Counted from the first letter of the whole stretch, positions 11,723 to 24,550 are shown. The stretch: DNA of 63,194 nucleotides, filler included, from Reclinomonas americana ATCC 50394 (GCA_048213135.1; 19 parts of 19 records of this genome joined end to end with filler, not necessarily neighbours in it), one strand, 5' to 3'. The notes: a model not told the origin generated them from the sequence alone. Made by a program: numbers and translations.

Positions 11723-12997
11723 ATGCCTGCCGATCCCAACTTTTATCGCCCAGGTTATCTGGGCAACACCTGCCGTGCCGAGGTGAGTGACAGTCGACTC
11801 TGCGCATGCTCTGTTGGAGAGAGGGAGAGAGAGTGTGTGTGTGTTGATGTTTTGTGCACTTTGACCAAAGTGCCACCACACAGTTTGCCCCACCCTGGTG
11901 TCACTGCGAACGAGAACTCTGCTGCGCAGCCCGTGGCAGAGGCTTGTGCTGCCCCTGCTATTGGTGCGTCTGCTGCAACAAGCCGGTGGCCACCTGCTGC
12001 CCTGCACGAACGTTGTACTCAGAGGTTTGCCATGCGCATCACCAATTTCCTCCTCTTGAAAATGCAAATGCATGATTCGTGTTGTATTGCGCAGAATGGA
12101 TTTGGCCATCGCTGCTCGGCAGCATGGTCGCGCATATTCAACTGGATCGTGAACTATGTGTGCTGCTGCTCTGTGGTGCTGTGCTGGACGCAGTGGAGCA
12201 CCCCCGACGAGGATTTGGAGGTGATTGAAGACGACGACACGTGCGGCTGTTCGAGTCCTGGTCAGTCAGTGTGGAGCTGCTGCACCGTATGCACGTGTGT
12301 GAATGATACCTGTGCATACGGTGACCCCCAGCGAGGAACTGGCTGCCGTCCTCGATGCGGCGAGCGAGTGCGGATCAGGCAAGACGCCCTCAACGAACAA
12401 GGCACCGGTACCATTGCTGGTCAGCTGTGCTTCTCGTGGTGGCTTTGCTTGTGCGCGGGCCTATGCGACGAAGTACGAGTGGCATGCGGTTACCACGATG
12501 GTCACGATGATGCTCGCCCTCTATTCTCTCCCTGTATTTGTCGACTCCTCGCCTTGCGACTGTATTTTGCTGTTGCTTTGATTACCATGATCTCGTACGC
12601 TGTCTGTTGGTATAGCTGCGTCGATGGCTCTTGTCTTGCGTCTTTCTCGGACAGTGCCGGTGGCTACATCGCGACATTCATTACTTTCTATGGCTTTTTG
12701 TCTATCTTTCTGTATTTTGCTATCGTCGCTCTGCTACGAGCACGGGCCCAGCGCCGGTGGCCGAAAGGTGCGACAGCCGACGCCGATGATTTCTGGCTCC
12801 AGGATCCAGAGGCTGCCCTGGCGGCTGCCGATCGCGAGCCATTGTTGCAATTGCGTACCAATGCATTTGCTTTTGCTTCTCGACCTCGCGATCGGCCCAT
12901 GGGCGGCTTCACGGCATTGCTGCCGGCGACCGCCGCACGCGTCGCTCCAATGCACAACCAACTCGAGCCGGTGGACGACGCCTCCCCGTCATGGTGA
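11723..12997 (+). CDS. Cysteine-rich membrane protein of unknown family (3 exons)
   Basis: MPADPNFYRPGYLGNTCRAE | FAPPWCHCERELCC...LYSE | NGFGHRC..., joined by two phase-0 GT-AG introns. Two hydrophobic segments (LYFAVALITMISYAVCWY; YIATFITFYGFLSIFLYFAIVALL). Confidence 0.6.
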   Translation: MPADPNFYRPGYLGNTCRAEVSDSRLCACSVGERERECVCVDVLCTLTKVPPHSLPHPGVTANENSAAQPVAEACAAPAIGASAATSRWPPAALHERCTQRFAMRITNFLLLKMQMHDSCCIAQNGFGHRCSAAWSRIFNWIVNYVCCCSVVLCWTQWSTPDEDLEVIEDDDTCGCSSPGQSVWSCCTVCTCVNDTCAYGDPQRGTGCRPRCGERVRIRQDALNEQGTGTIAGQLCFSWWLCLCAGLCDEVRVACGYHDGHDDARPLFSPCICRLLALRLYFAVALITMISYAVCWYSCVDGSCLASFSDSAGGYIATFITFYGFLSIFLYFAIVALLRARAQRRWPKGATADADDFWLQDPEAALAAADREPLLQLRTNAFAFASRPRDRPMGGFTALLPATAARVAPMHNQLEPVDDASPSW

Positions 12998-13380
12998 GCC
13001 GGTGGCCGACAGCTCACACGCCCTCCGGATCCGGAGTGGGGCGACAACTCAATGCCAATCAATGCCAATGCCAATCAATGCCAATCTTCGTAAAACCTCG
13101 CTGCAATCAGTCGAAGACGGGGGAGAATGTCGTCTCAAGGACTGGCTCGCAACAATCAACGTGGCATGTGTACACCGGGCACATGATTTATTGCCTTGTT
13201 CGGATACCGGTTTTCGTGTATCAATATCATCATTGTGGACCCCAGTGACAGTGCTTTCTTCTGCCCTTCCTTACGTCAAGCAGAGATGCATCATTGACTC
13301 TACACATGCAGGCAACCACAACTTCCGCGACTTGCATGATCGTCCCCGCCGGTCGCCTGTCCCACCGTCGCCAACAAAAA

Positions 13381-14045
13381 ATGTCGGGCGGTGGGCGCGA
13401 TGACACGCTCAGCAACCAGCGCTTCTCGCTGACCACTCCACTGGCACACACCGGAAGCAGCGGCAGCAACAGACAAGGAGAAGACAGTGGAGGCAGCGGA
13501 GGAGGAGGAAGTGGACAGGGCTTCGGCCTTCTGCAGCAGGGCATGGTTGCCATTGAGCTGGCACCACTGGGAGCAAGTGCGAATGGTGGCGGTGGTAATG
13601 GTGGAAGTCCGTCCAGTGGAAGTGGGAGGAGAGTGTCGGGCATTGGACTGGGAGGTGCTCCTGCGTCACCGGAGGCAGTTGCGTGTGATTCTCGCACACG
13701 CGCGCACACACACGCACACGCACACGCACATACATACACGCAGACACCGCATGTGCGTTGAGCGAGCTTTGCAGAGAGGAGTGAGTGTGTGAGATCAATC
13801 TCTCACCCAGTCTGACATTCTGCACTCTCCTCACTCGCTCCTCACTCGCTCCCTCAGTGGAGGACTATGCGCGAATTCCACGGTGGCATCAAAGAACAGT
13901 TGCGCGAACACTATCTCTCTCATTCTCCTCTCGTCGCTCACCTCTCTCTCCGTTCTCACAGATGGTACCAACCGATCCCGGAGCTCATTCTCACCGACAA
14001 CAACCGCCCGCTGCCGTCGTCACTCATACAGCAGGGCACGCGAGC
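13381..14045 (+). CDS. Hypothetical protein, Gly/Ser-rich N-terminus, 5' part only (runs into gap)
   Basis: AAAA-ATG start. In-frame introns 13678-13857 and 13899-13961. Exons WRTMREFHGGIKEQ and WYQPIPELILTDNNRPLP. Confidence 0.5.
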
Positions 14046-14693
14046 GTCCATTCTCCTGTTGCGTCTGCCCTTCCTCTCCCTGCTTCACTCACTTCCTCTC
14101 TCCCTTGCTCCCTTCTTCATTTCCTCTCTCCGTCCCTCGCCCTTTTGTTTTTCGCTCTTTGCCTCGCTTCTTCTCCTCTCCTCTCCTTCTCCCTCTCCTT
14201 CTCCTCTCCTCTCCTCTCTCCTCTCATCTCCTCTCCTCTCCTCTCCTCTCCTCTCTCTCCCCTCTCCTCTCCTCTCCTCCCCTCTCNNNNNNNNNNNNNN
14301 NNNNNNNNNNNNNNNNNNNNNNNNNNNNNNTTAATTAATTAANNNNNNNNNNNNNNNNNNNNNNNNNNNNNNNNNNNNNNNNNNNNAGGAGTAGGCGCAG
14401 CACGAGGAGAAGGAAGAGTGGGGCACAAGAGACCTGCACATGCACGATCGTGATTCACACACGCACACGCACACACGCGCGTGCAAAGGACGCGCGCGCG
14501 TGTGGTGTCATTGCATTTCACGTGCGTTGCATGGCGTGCAGGTGGGAGGAGGAGGAGGAGGTGGAGAAGGCAGGCGCGTTGTCGGAAGAGTGGACATGCA
14601 CATGCACACACACTGACTGACTCGCAAAAAAGAGTTTTTCTTTCTTTCTTACGTGGGAAGAAGAGATTGTGGGTGTGTGTGTGCGGTACGCAC

Positions 14694-14757
14694 CGCCACC
14701 ACGTCCGCCGCCAAAGCCACCGCCACGTCCGCCGCCAAAGCCACCACGACCGCTCAT
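14694..14757 (-). CDS. First exon of an RGG/GAR-box protein (GAR1- or fibrillarin-like)
   Basis: MSGRGGFGGGRGGGFGGGRGG followed by a GTGCGT donor. The rest of the gene is lost in the gap. Confidence 0.5.
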
Positions 14758-15232
14758 TGTGATTGAAAAGGAAAGGAAGTGTGCGCGAGCCGCCGAGTGT
14801 TTTGTCCCAGTTACAAAAAACTGAAGCGTCGGAAACGGGCTGCATGACCAATTTCCACACAAACACCAGTCTCGACGGCAGCAGAAGGGCTTTTCGTGTG
14901 CTTGCTCTGGGGAGCGGGTCGGGAGCTTCGAATTCGAATTTGAACATCGATATCGCCAAGAAATCCTCTCGAGGCCACACGCGTTTGATTGGTTTTGCCT
15001 CCTGGAACGGAAGATGACTGTTGGAGAAGAGTAAGTGTGTGCTACGTATATTGTTGTTGTGACAAGGTCATTGTCGGCAAATCGCATTACTGCATGCAGT
15101 GTTTTTTCTTGTTCGAAAACTGCGTTGTTGGTCACCGCTTCTGCGATCGTACACGACGCGTCCAATCGTCGGGAAAACGCCCCAAAGCCAGGCAAACAAA
15201 GCGTCCGGATCCGATCGCTGCTATGATGACAT

Positions 15233-18200
15233 TCATTGCGGATCCCCTCCAGCCCTCTTCATCTCCTCCACTCCTTCCTCCAACGGCAGCGGCTGCTGCT
15301 GTCGCCGTTGCAGCTGTCGGTACTCGCAATCCGCCAGCACATTCTCCGCCGTGATGGTCCACCGATCTTGCGGGCCAAACACCTCTCTGCAGCTGGAGAC
15401 GCACTCGATCATCAGCGTCTCCGCCTCGGCCACCTGCTCACACCGCAGCAGGCAGATGCCAAAGTTGATACACGTGTACAGCGTCGATTCGTGCTTGTCG
15501 CCCAGCACTTGGCGCCGCACCGCCAAGCACTCGCCGAACAGTTCGGCGGCCTCCGCCACCGATGCCACGGTGCGTTGTCGGTCGAGGGCAACTGCCAGGT
15601 TGTTCATCGCCGTGAGAGTGTCGGGGTGGCGGTTGCCGAGCACACGTCTCCGCGCAATCAGCACCTCGCGCTCGAGCTGAATGTTCTCCGCCGCCCGCAG
15701 CGGGTCCTGGATGTTGGAGGCGAGGTTGCCGAGGGAGACCAGAGTCTCCAGGTGCTCTTCGCCGAGCACGCGCCGCCGCAGTTCCCAGCACTGACGATCC
15801 AGCACCTCTGCCTCTCCATGCTGCTTGCGGTTGTAGTGGTGCTTGGCGCGATACAGGAGCGTGCGCAAGCTGTCGGGGTGCGCCTCGCCCAGTGTGGCAC
15901 ACTGATGGGCGTGGCACTGCTCCAACAACTCCAAGTCGTCCGTCACAAATGCCAACCACATCAAGCACCGAAAGGCATCCATGGTCTCCAGCGCCGACAA
16001 GCTGCGCTGTCGCTCAATGTACAGCTGCCACGCATGGTGTCGCATCATCTTGCAGCGGCTCCACTCCCGCAACATCTCATACAACCAGGCACAACACGAG
16101 GCCGCCGCCGTCAGCAGTGCACCATGCGTTGCTGTCGGTACATCACGCACACAGTGCGTCACCCGCTGCGCGAGAAGCGAGGCCGTCGCCAGCCCAAAGC
16201 CCTGCGGCGGCAGGAAATTCGATCGGCTCTGCTCACCAATCCACTCAATCGCCCCACACTGCAGCATGACGGTGCGCTCCCCAATGGCGGTCTCGTCCCA
16301 CATGGCCGTGTCCTCCGCCAGTCGGCGCCACAGCGTGTGTAGCACGCCGAGAATATCGCGTGCCACGAGCTGCGCACCATCGCTGTCCTCGCGCAAATCG
16401 ATTGCCGTCAGCACGCAACAGACCAGCCGCAACACGAGCTGTTGCGTCCGTGCCACGGCCTTGCCGCTGCGAGTCACAATCCACCGCGCAATCTCGTCGT
16501 GCACTCTGTACTCCTCCGCCACGTTGCCCTCGCGCACATGCTCACCCGCGAGAATACGAGCCACGCTGTCTGAACTGCCACTGACATTCACCGTCACCAG
16601 CGTCGACGCCGCCAGACTCTGCAACACTTGCGCCACCCTCTCGCCACCACCGCCACCGCTGCCACCAACCGTCAGCAGGTGGTCACGCCGCGAGCGCACA
16701 ACCTGCTCCTCTTCCACGTTCAACTCGTCAAACTGCAACGCCTCGCCCACCAGATCCGGCGCACGCTGTCGCCTCTCCTTGGCCAGCTCGTGCAGTCGCA
16801 GGCAACGCACCGATCGACTCAGCTCCAACAACCGACCCACATCCTCCTCATACTCCATCACCACATCTTCCGGCGCCGATGCCGCCGCCGCCACCGCCTC
16901 CTCCCCTTCCTCCCCATCGTCCACGTCGGGGATCGCGCTCAGCACGCCGAGCGCCACTCGTGCCAGCGCCAGGGTCACCGGCAAGCCGAGCTCTTTGCAG
17001 GCCGTGATCAGCACCAGCATGCGGCGAGCCTCCGTCGTCTGCGACATGACGTTGCGCTCGAGCAGACGTGAGAGCGCGTCGCCGCTAATGTCGCTCAGCA
17101 CGGCCTCGAGTTGTGCGCCCGCCAGGTCGGCGGGGGATTGGGAGAGAAGCCAGCTGTGAAGGGGGTAAAGAGGGGAAGGGGGAAAAGGGGGAAAGGGGGT
17201 AAAGGGGGAGAGGGGGGAAGGACAAAGGGGGGAAGGGAGAGGGTGAGAAAAGAGGGGGAAAGAATGAGAGAGAGAGAGAGAGAGAATGGAGTGGGGAGGG
17301 GGAGAGGGAGAGAAACACATACAGAGAAGGATTGAATGGACGATAGAAAGTGGGAAGGAGATGAATGATTCCAACTCCGTCTCTCGTGTTTTTCTCTCGC
17401 AAACATTCTGTCTTCCTTTCGTTACTTTCTTTCTTTCTATCGTTCTCTCCCTCTCACACACACACTCTTTCGTTCCATCTTTCTTTCTTCATTTTCGTCT
17501 TTCTGTCGTTCTTTAATCGATGGATAGATGGTATGAGAGACGAAGAGAGAGTGAGAGACAGGCACACACATAAAGGAATGAAAGAATGAAAGACAGAAGG
17601 AGACGCAGAAGGAATGACAGAATGAGTGAAAGAAAGAGAAACAGGGAGAGAGTGATAGATGAAGGCACACATTTGTTCTCTCTTCTTTCTGTTCGTTTTC
17701 TCTCTCGCTTGCTGTCTTCCGTCCGCTTCTTATTTCATTCATTCCCAATACGTGTCTCTCTATCTCTTCTCTCTCTTTCCTTCATATCTCCCTTGTTCCC
17801 CTAAAGACAGAATGGAAGATACAATGATGGGAAGAAAGAGAGAGAGAAACATATATGGTTCTCCTTGCCTCTGTCGTTCTCTCTGTCTCTATCTCTCTTT
17901 CCGTTTCCTCGTCCTATCCCTCCTTCGCATCTTTCTATCATTCCTTTCTGTCATTCCCTGCCTGCGATTCTCCTTCCTTCTCACTTTCTTCCTCCCATTC
18001 AATCCCCTGGTGTGTGTCCCTACTCACCCCACACAGGCACTCACTCGCAGCGCGCTATTGTGCTCCTGCCCGCTCTCCAGCGCGCGCACAATTTGCTGTC
18101 GCACCTCATCCGACGCCACCTCGCGCAACCTCTCCTCCACAAGCTGCGCCACATCGCCGCTCTCCACATCCTCCACCCGCACGCATTCCACCTCCACATC

Positions 18201-18803
18201 GTGCCCCACAATCACGCCACGAATCTCGTCCGCCACCTGCCCGTGGCGACTCGTCACCACCACAACGGGCGCCACCATGCCATCTATCGACAGTAATCAG
18301 CAATTCACCGACCTGCTCACTCTCTCTTCCTCACGCGCGCACCACCACCACACTGAACAATGTCTCGCACTTGCTCCGCGGAGCCGACATTGTCGAGCAC
18401 CATCACACCACTCGACACATGCATCAACTGCCGCAGGAGACGACGCGAAGGCACCACGTCCCCACTCGCCAACAGCGAGTCCACCTGGCTGGCCATTCGC
18501 CGCCCCTCTGCCTCGTCCGCCCGCATCTGTGCCACCACAAAGGCACGCAGCAACTCGCTGACGGCACCGGCCGCCTGCCACACACGCGAGTTGAGACCAG
18601 GGTAAACGGGGGAAGGGGTGTTTACACTACTGCACCCACCTTTACATGCTCCTGTGCGTCGGCCACGTGACCGCGCATCTCCACCGACACGGCGGAACCG
18701 TTCCAGTGGTCAGTGGAACTCAACTCGCTCACCAGCAGCTCGGCGAGGAATGACTTGCCGCTGCCGCCGTCGCCGGTGAGAACGACGATGATGGGGTGGT
18801 GTG
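15233..18803 (-). CDS. STAND (NB-ARC/AP-ATPase-like) P-loop NTPase with C-terminal kinesin-light-chain-type TPRs, N-terminus missing
   Basis: Walker A IVVLTGDGGSGKS, Walker B VMVLDNV, sensor-like VVVVTSR. TPRs RRRVLGEEHLETLVSLGNLA, RRRVLGNRHPDTLTAMNNLA, RRQVLGDKHESTL. Introns at ~18645-18600, ~18340-18280 and ~18045-17160. Confidence 0.75.
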
Positions 18804-19225
18804 CTGTGAGAAGGGGAAGCGGAGAAGGGTGAGAAACAGAGAGAGCGAATGGAAGCAACTCGAGAGCAGCAGGGTGAGAGAGACTGCTTTCGTGAGCGAA
18901 GAATGACATTCAGACAGCTCATGAGCAGAGGATTGAGAGAAACTGCTTGTGAACAATGAAGAGTGACTGAAAGAACGAGAAAGTTTAGAGAGAGCGACAG
19001 TGAGGCATTGAGACAGTAAGCTCTGAGAAGCGAGTGCTCATCGGAGAGACAAGACGCAGCTGAGCAGCAAGGATGGCCGCAACAACGAAAGATCGGAGAA
19101 ATGCAGAGGAATGCAAGAGAGAGAGAGAGAGAGACGGGAATGAGTGGAAATGTGCGCGCTGACAAGACGATGAGCTCGGAGACAGATAGGGAGACGCAGC
19201 TGATCGGAGAAATAAAAAAGCAGAG

Positions 19226-19325
<100 letters not shown>

Positions 19326-19993
19326 NNNNNNNNNNNNNNNNNNNNNNNNNNNNNNNNNNNNNNNNNNNNTTAATTAATTAANNNNNNNNNNNNNNNNNNN
19401 NNNNNNNNNNNNNNNNNNNNNNNNNTGCAATGAGCGGCTCAACACGAACTGCAGCACAAAGAGTGAGTGTGTGTGAGAGAGACAGAAAACAAGGCAAACA
19501 CGGCCGAAAGTCACCCTCGCTCTCGCTCATGAAAAAAGCTAAAAATGCGCGCGCGACATTCACCCAGACTGCGGACAGATCTGTTTTGCAGTGCCCTTGT
19601 GCGTGAATGTGAGAGCAACAGGCACTGCATTGCACTGGCGGAAATGGAGAGACGACAGCAGCAGCAGCAGCGCGTGAGAAAATGCATAATGAGTAACGTC
19701 GACGTTGCCGAAAAAACAAGAAAAGAGAAGAGAGGAAACAGCAGCAGCGGTAGTGAGAAGCGGAAAAACATGAGGGCACGCGGAAGGTGCTTCCGTCAGT
19801 CGTTGTTTGCCTTGACGTCCCACACAAGTCCCACAGACAACTTTCCGGAGTCGGGGTTCCTCACGCAGACACACTCCTTGCTGTCATCGCCCGCGTGCGT
19901 GTCTGTCATCCTCTTACCTCCGCCGATCTCCGCCTCCGCCTCCGCCTTTCTTTGCTCGTTTGTGTGCGCGTTTGTGTGTGTGAGTGATCGCTG

Positions 19994-22900
19994 ATGATGA
20001 GCGGTGGCGGCCCCGGGGCCACCACTCGTCGCCCGATGTTGGGTGCCTCAGCCTCTGCACCTCCGTCCTCCTCCTCGTCATCGTCAGGTGGTCCGCTGAA
20101 GAAGATCAGTATCAAACCATTCAAGGGTGAGATGTCCCACTTTTGTCACTTGTTGCAACACACACACACACACTCACGCTCACACTCACACGCTCACGCT
20201 CACGCTCACTCTCTCTGTCTCACACACATTGATACACTCAAACACTCACTTGCACACTCTTTCGCACACTATTGCACACACACAGACACTCACTCACTCA
20301 CTCACACACACACACGCACGCACACACTGAGCTGACTTCTCTTCTGTTCTTTGCGTCTCTCAGTGCAACCGAAGGTTCCAGAAAACTTCTTTGAAGTGAC
20401 TTGGGCCAAATTGAAGGACGCAGTGGGCGCCATCTTTTGCAAGCGAAAGGTTTGTGTGTGCGCATGTGAGTGTCTCTCTCTTTGTGTCAGCGTTGTGGTT
20501 GGAATGCGCATGCGATGAGGACGAGAGAGCGGGAATTGGCGCGATTTTTGATGTGATACTGATTGGATCCAAAGAGCTCTGTGGTGACGCGTTTTTTTCT
20601 TCGCTCAATGGAGTGTGTCGTGTGAAGTTCGCTATTGGGGCGTGCCTATCGCTTTAGTGGAGTAGTGGCGGGGTGGCGCCTGACAGTAGCTATTTCTCGC
20701 TCTTGTGGATTGGGGGACACAACGCCAGTCATTCCTCACTTGTTGTTCACACTCTCGCTTGGCGCACTGTTTACTCGGGTTCTGAATCACACGCCTCTTG
20801 CGCTCTGTGTGACACCTGGCACCTGTGGTCTTCTCATGTCATTCTCTCTCTCATTCACTCTTGAACGTGCTCTTCTCTCACTCTCGCTTGGCGCACTGTT
20901 TACCCGGGTTCTGAATTGCACGCTCCTTGCCCTCTGTGGTAACTGTGGTCTTCACATGCCGTTCTCTCTCTCTCTCTCACACACACACACGCACTCTCGC
21001 ACTCTTGTGACGTGCTCTACTCGCACCGAGCCTCGAGTGACGGCGGACAGCTCTCACTGATGTACTTGTCGCTCACACTCTCGTGCTCTTGGCGCACTGT
21101 TCACTCGGGTTCTGAATCGCTCGCGCCTATCACTTTGACTCCATCCCTCCTCTTGCCTTCTCCCTCCCCCTCCTCCCCCTCCTCCCCCTCCTCCCCCTTC
21201 TCCTCGCCCCCCTCTCACCCTTTCCCTCTTCCCCCCTCTCCAGACAAACGCCTCGTCGGAGGAGCTCTACCAATCAACCAAGGACCTCTGCCTTCACAAG
21301 CACGGCGCACAGCTGTACGCACGGCTGCGCGACGAATGCGAGCAATTCGTGGTGCAGAAGCAAGTACGGCTGGTGCACCAGGTGGGCTCCGAGATCAACG
21401 GGTTCCTGATGGCCGTGGACGAGACGTGGAATGATCACGTGAATCAGATGGTGATTGTTGTTCCCTTTGGCCTGCTCCTTCTTCCCCTTCTTCTTCCCTC
21501 TCTCACCCCCATCCACACCAGCGGCACATTCGTGACATTTTCACCGAGCTCATGCACTCGTACGTGCGACAAAACACCGGCGTGCGCTCGATCTGGGACA
21601 TGGGCATGCAACTATTTCGGGATTTGGTGATCCTGCAGCCGGAGATCCAGCGGGCGTGTGTCAGTGCGCTGTTGCAGCTGGTGCAACGGGATCGCATGGG
21701 CGAGACGGTCAATCGATCGCTGTTGAAGAGCGTGACACGCATGCTCATTTCGTTGCAAGTCTACGGTNNNNNNNNNNNNNNNNNNNNNNNNNNNNNNNNN
21801 NNNNNNNNNNNTTAATTAATTAANNNNNNNNNNNNNNNNNNNNNNNNNNNNNNNNNNNNNNNNNNNNAGAAAGGAGGGGGTGGCAGATGGTCCCCTCTGC
21901 TTCCTTTCTCATCTCTTGGTATTCTTCTCTCTTCTCTTCCTTTCTCGCGGCTTCTCGAATTCTCTACTCTTGTTCCCTTCTCGTCTATTTTCTCTTTTAC
22001 TCTCTTCTCCTTGCTGTCTGTTGCTGCGCAATGAGTTTTTTTACTTGTCGTGCGCGCCGATACCCACAATCCTTCTCTGCTCTCCTATTCTCTCCTCTTC
22101 TCTCATCCTGTCTCCTCTTGTCATCCTCCGCTCTTCCCTTCTCCTCTCTCTTCGTCTCATCTCGTCTCTTTTCTCCTCATCTCTTCTCTTCTCTCCTCTT
22201 CTGTCCTCTTCTCTCTTCTCTCTTCTCTCTTCTCTCTCTTCCCTTCTTTTTCGATTTTCCCCTCCGCTCTTCCCTTCTCGTCTCTTTTCTCCTCATCTCT
22301 TCTCTTGCTACTGCTGCTGCTGTACAGTGTAGTTTTGTGCGCTTGTCGTACACGGCGACGGCCTCCTCTGTTTTTCTCTCTGCAATTGCGGTCTTCTTTT
22401 TCTCTTGTTTTTTCTTCTATTCTCTTCCTGCTGCGCAGTGATATTCTGTCCGCTTATCGTGCACGCCAGCGGTCCAATCCTTCTCTTCTCTTTTCATCTT
22501 TTTCTTCTCCTTATCGGCTCCCTTCTCATCCCTTTATATCTCTTCTCTTCTCTTGCTGTCTGCTGCTGCGCAGTGAGGATTTGTGCACTTGTCGTGCGCA
22601 TCAGCGATCACAGTCCTTCAATTCTCTTCTCTCCTCTCTCCTCTCTTCTCTCTCCTTTCTATTCTCCCCCTTCTCTTCTCTCCTCATCTCTTATCCTCTC
22701 CCCTCTCCTCTCTATTCTTTCCCCTTCTCTCTTCACTTCCCTTCATTTCTCTTTATCTTCCCTTCTCTTTCTCTTCCCTTCTCACTCTCCGTCACCGCGC
22801 AGGGAGTGGGCGGTGCCATTGTCATGGACCCCGAACGAGACCCGAACATGGTGCAGGATCTGCTCGATTTCAAGGACAAGCTCGACCGCATCCTCGTGGA

Positions 22901-24340
22901 CGCGTTCGACAAGCACGACGACTTTACATACACGCTCAAGGTTCGTGTTATGATCACGTTGACTCTCCATCGCTGCTGGTTGTTGACCAGCGGCGGCAGG
23001 AATCGTTTGAGAACTTCATCAACCGACGCCAGAATAAGCCGGCCGAGTTGGTGGCCAAGTACATTGACAAGCTGATGCGCTCGAAGAGCAAGGTCGCCGA
23101 CGTGGAGATGGACACACTGATGGATCGCTTGTTGATTATCTTCCGATACATTCAAGGTGGGGGCGCACCGATGCTTCAACCTCTCGTGTGTGTGGCGCCT
23201 CACCTTCTACCCGCACAGGCAAGGATGTGTTCGAGGCCTTTTACAAGAAGGATTTGGCCAAGCGGCTGCTCCTGGGCAAGACCTCGTCATACGAAGCCGA
23301 ACGGTCGATGATCACCAAGCTCAAGACCGAGTGCGGTGCCGGCTTCACCTCCAAGCTCGAGAAGATGTTTGCCGATATTGAGGTGAGGAGAAGCGGGGGA
23401 AGGGGAAGAGAAAGGGAGAGGAGAGAAGGAGAAGAAATATGCATGGTGCAAGTAGCAGCAAGATTGCAAGTGCGGAGGGAGAGTGGCACAGAGAATCGAT
23501 AAGTGTCAAAGGTACAAGAAGAAGGGAGAGAGAAAGAGAGCACGATGGAGCACAGCACGTGCGGTGCATCACAGTATGATGGGTGGGTGTGGCTAGTGCA
23601 GAGACAGCAGATTTGAGAAGAGTGGGATAAACGAGCAGGGGGGAGGTTCTGGGAGGGAAGAATGTACCAGATAGAGAAGAAACAAGCGTGACAGCATAGA
23701 GGATACATAGAAGCGGAAAGAGAGCAAGAGGGAGAAGCGACGCACAAAACAGTGAGGTGTATCGCCGCAGGGCAACGAGTGTGCTCGTTTGTGGCTGAAG
23801 GCAGTGCCCCGCCTTTGCTCCTCTGCTCACACGCTTTTGCACTCCCCACACAGGTCTCCAAGGACATTGTGGCCGGCTTCAAGCAGACGCGCGAATACTC
23901 GACGTACGACTACGATCTCACCGTGAATGTGCTGACCACTGGCTCGTGGCCACCATACCCGGCAGTGACGGTCAAGTTGCCCGACAATCTTGCGCGCGGC
24001 ACCGACATCTTCACCAAGTACTACACGCTGAAGCACAACGGTCGCCGACTGCACTGGCAGCACACGCTGGGTGCGTGCCAGCTGAAAGCCTACTTCCCCA
24101 AGGGTCGCAAGGAGCTGGAAGTGTCACTGTTCCAGGTGCGTGTGTGTTGGAGAGAATGAGCTGTCTCAACTGGAGACTGACTGTCGGTTACAGGCGGTGG
24201 TGCTCCTGCTCTTCAACGACCGCGAGGCGTGGGCCTTTGCCGATCTCCTCGTTGCGACGCAGCTACCAGCTGCCGAACTGAAGCGCACTCTGCAATCGTT
24301 GTCGGTGGCGAAAGTCAGACCACTGCGGAAAGTGCCACAT
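19994..24340 (+). CDS. CUL4: Cullin-4 (spans one gap, C-terminal neddylation domain missing)
   Basis: [122 protein letters not shown]. Confidence 0.92.
20749..21120 (+). repeat. Intronic degenerate tandem repeat, 3 copies of core CTTGGCGCACTGTTYACYCGGGTTCTGAAT
   Basis: Copies start near 20749, 20879 and 21076 inside a cullin intron. Confidence 0.8.
22005..22610 (+). repeat. Intronic degenerate minisatellite (TGCTGCGCARTGA...CTTRTCGTGC) interleaved with CT-rich tracts
   Basis: About four related copies near 22010, 22310, 22430 and 22555. Confidence 0.6.
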
Positions 24341-24518
24341 GTTGCGTTTCGCGGGAGCGGGAAAGGGTCGCCGTCTTCCTTTTCTTATCCCCTCAGTTCG
24401 CTCTCACTTGCCTTTCAGACGTGTTGTTCATGTGTCTTCGTGTCTTGTGTGATTTCTTCTCTGCACACGTCGCAAGTTGCCTTTCTTCGTCGTCTCTCTG
24501 TCTCTCACGCACACGCAC

Positions 24519-24550
<32 letters not shown>

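Noticed and set aside
14036..14050. Possible GC-AG intron donor (CAGG|GCACGC)
   Set aside because: The next exon is lost in the gap and a GT alternative lies about 10 nt downstream, so it cannot be decided.
20505..20690. C/D-box-like words (GCGATGA, CTGA) in a cullin intron
   Set aside because: The C box is imperfect, there is no terminal stem, and I could not recognise an rRNA-complementary guide.
20749..21120. Three ~30-nt repeats with spacers, CRISPR-like at first sight
   Set aside because: The spacers are related to each other and irregular in length, the locus is a eukaryotic intron, and there are no cas genes.
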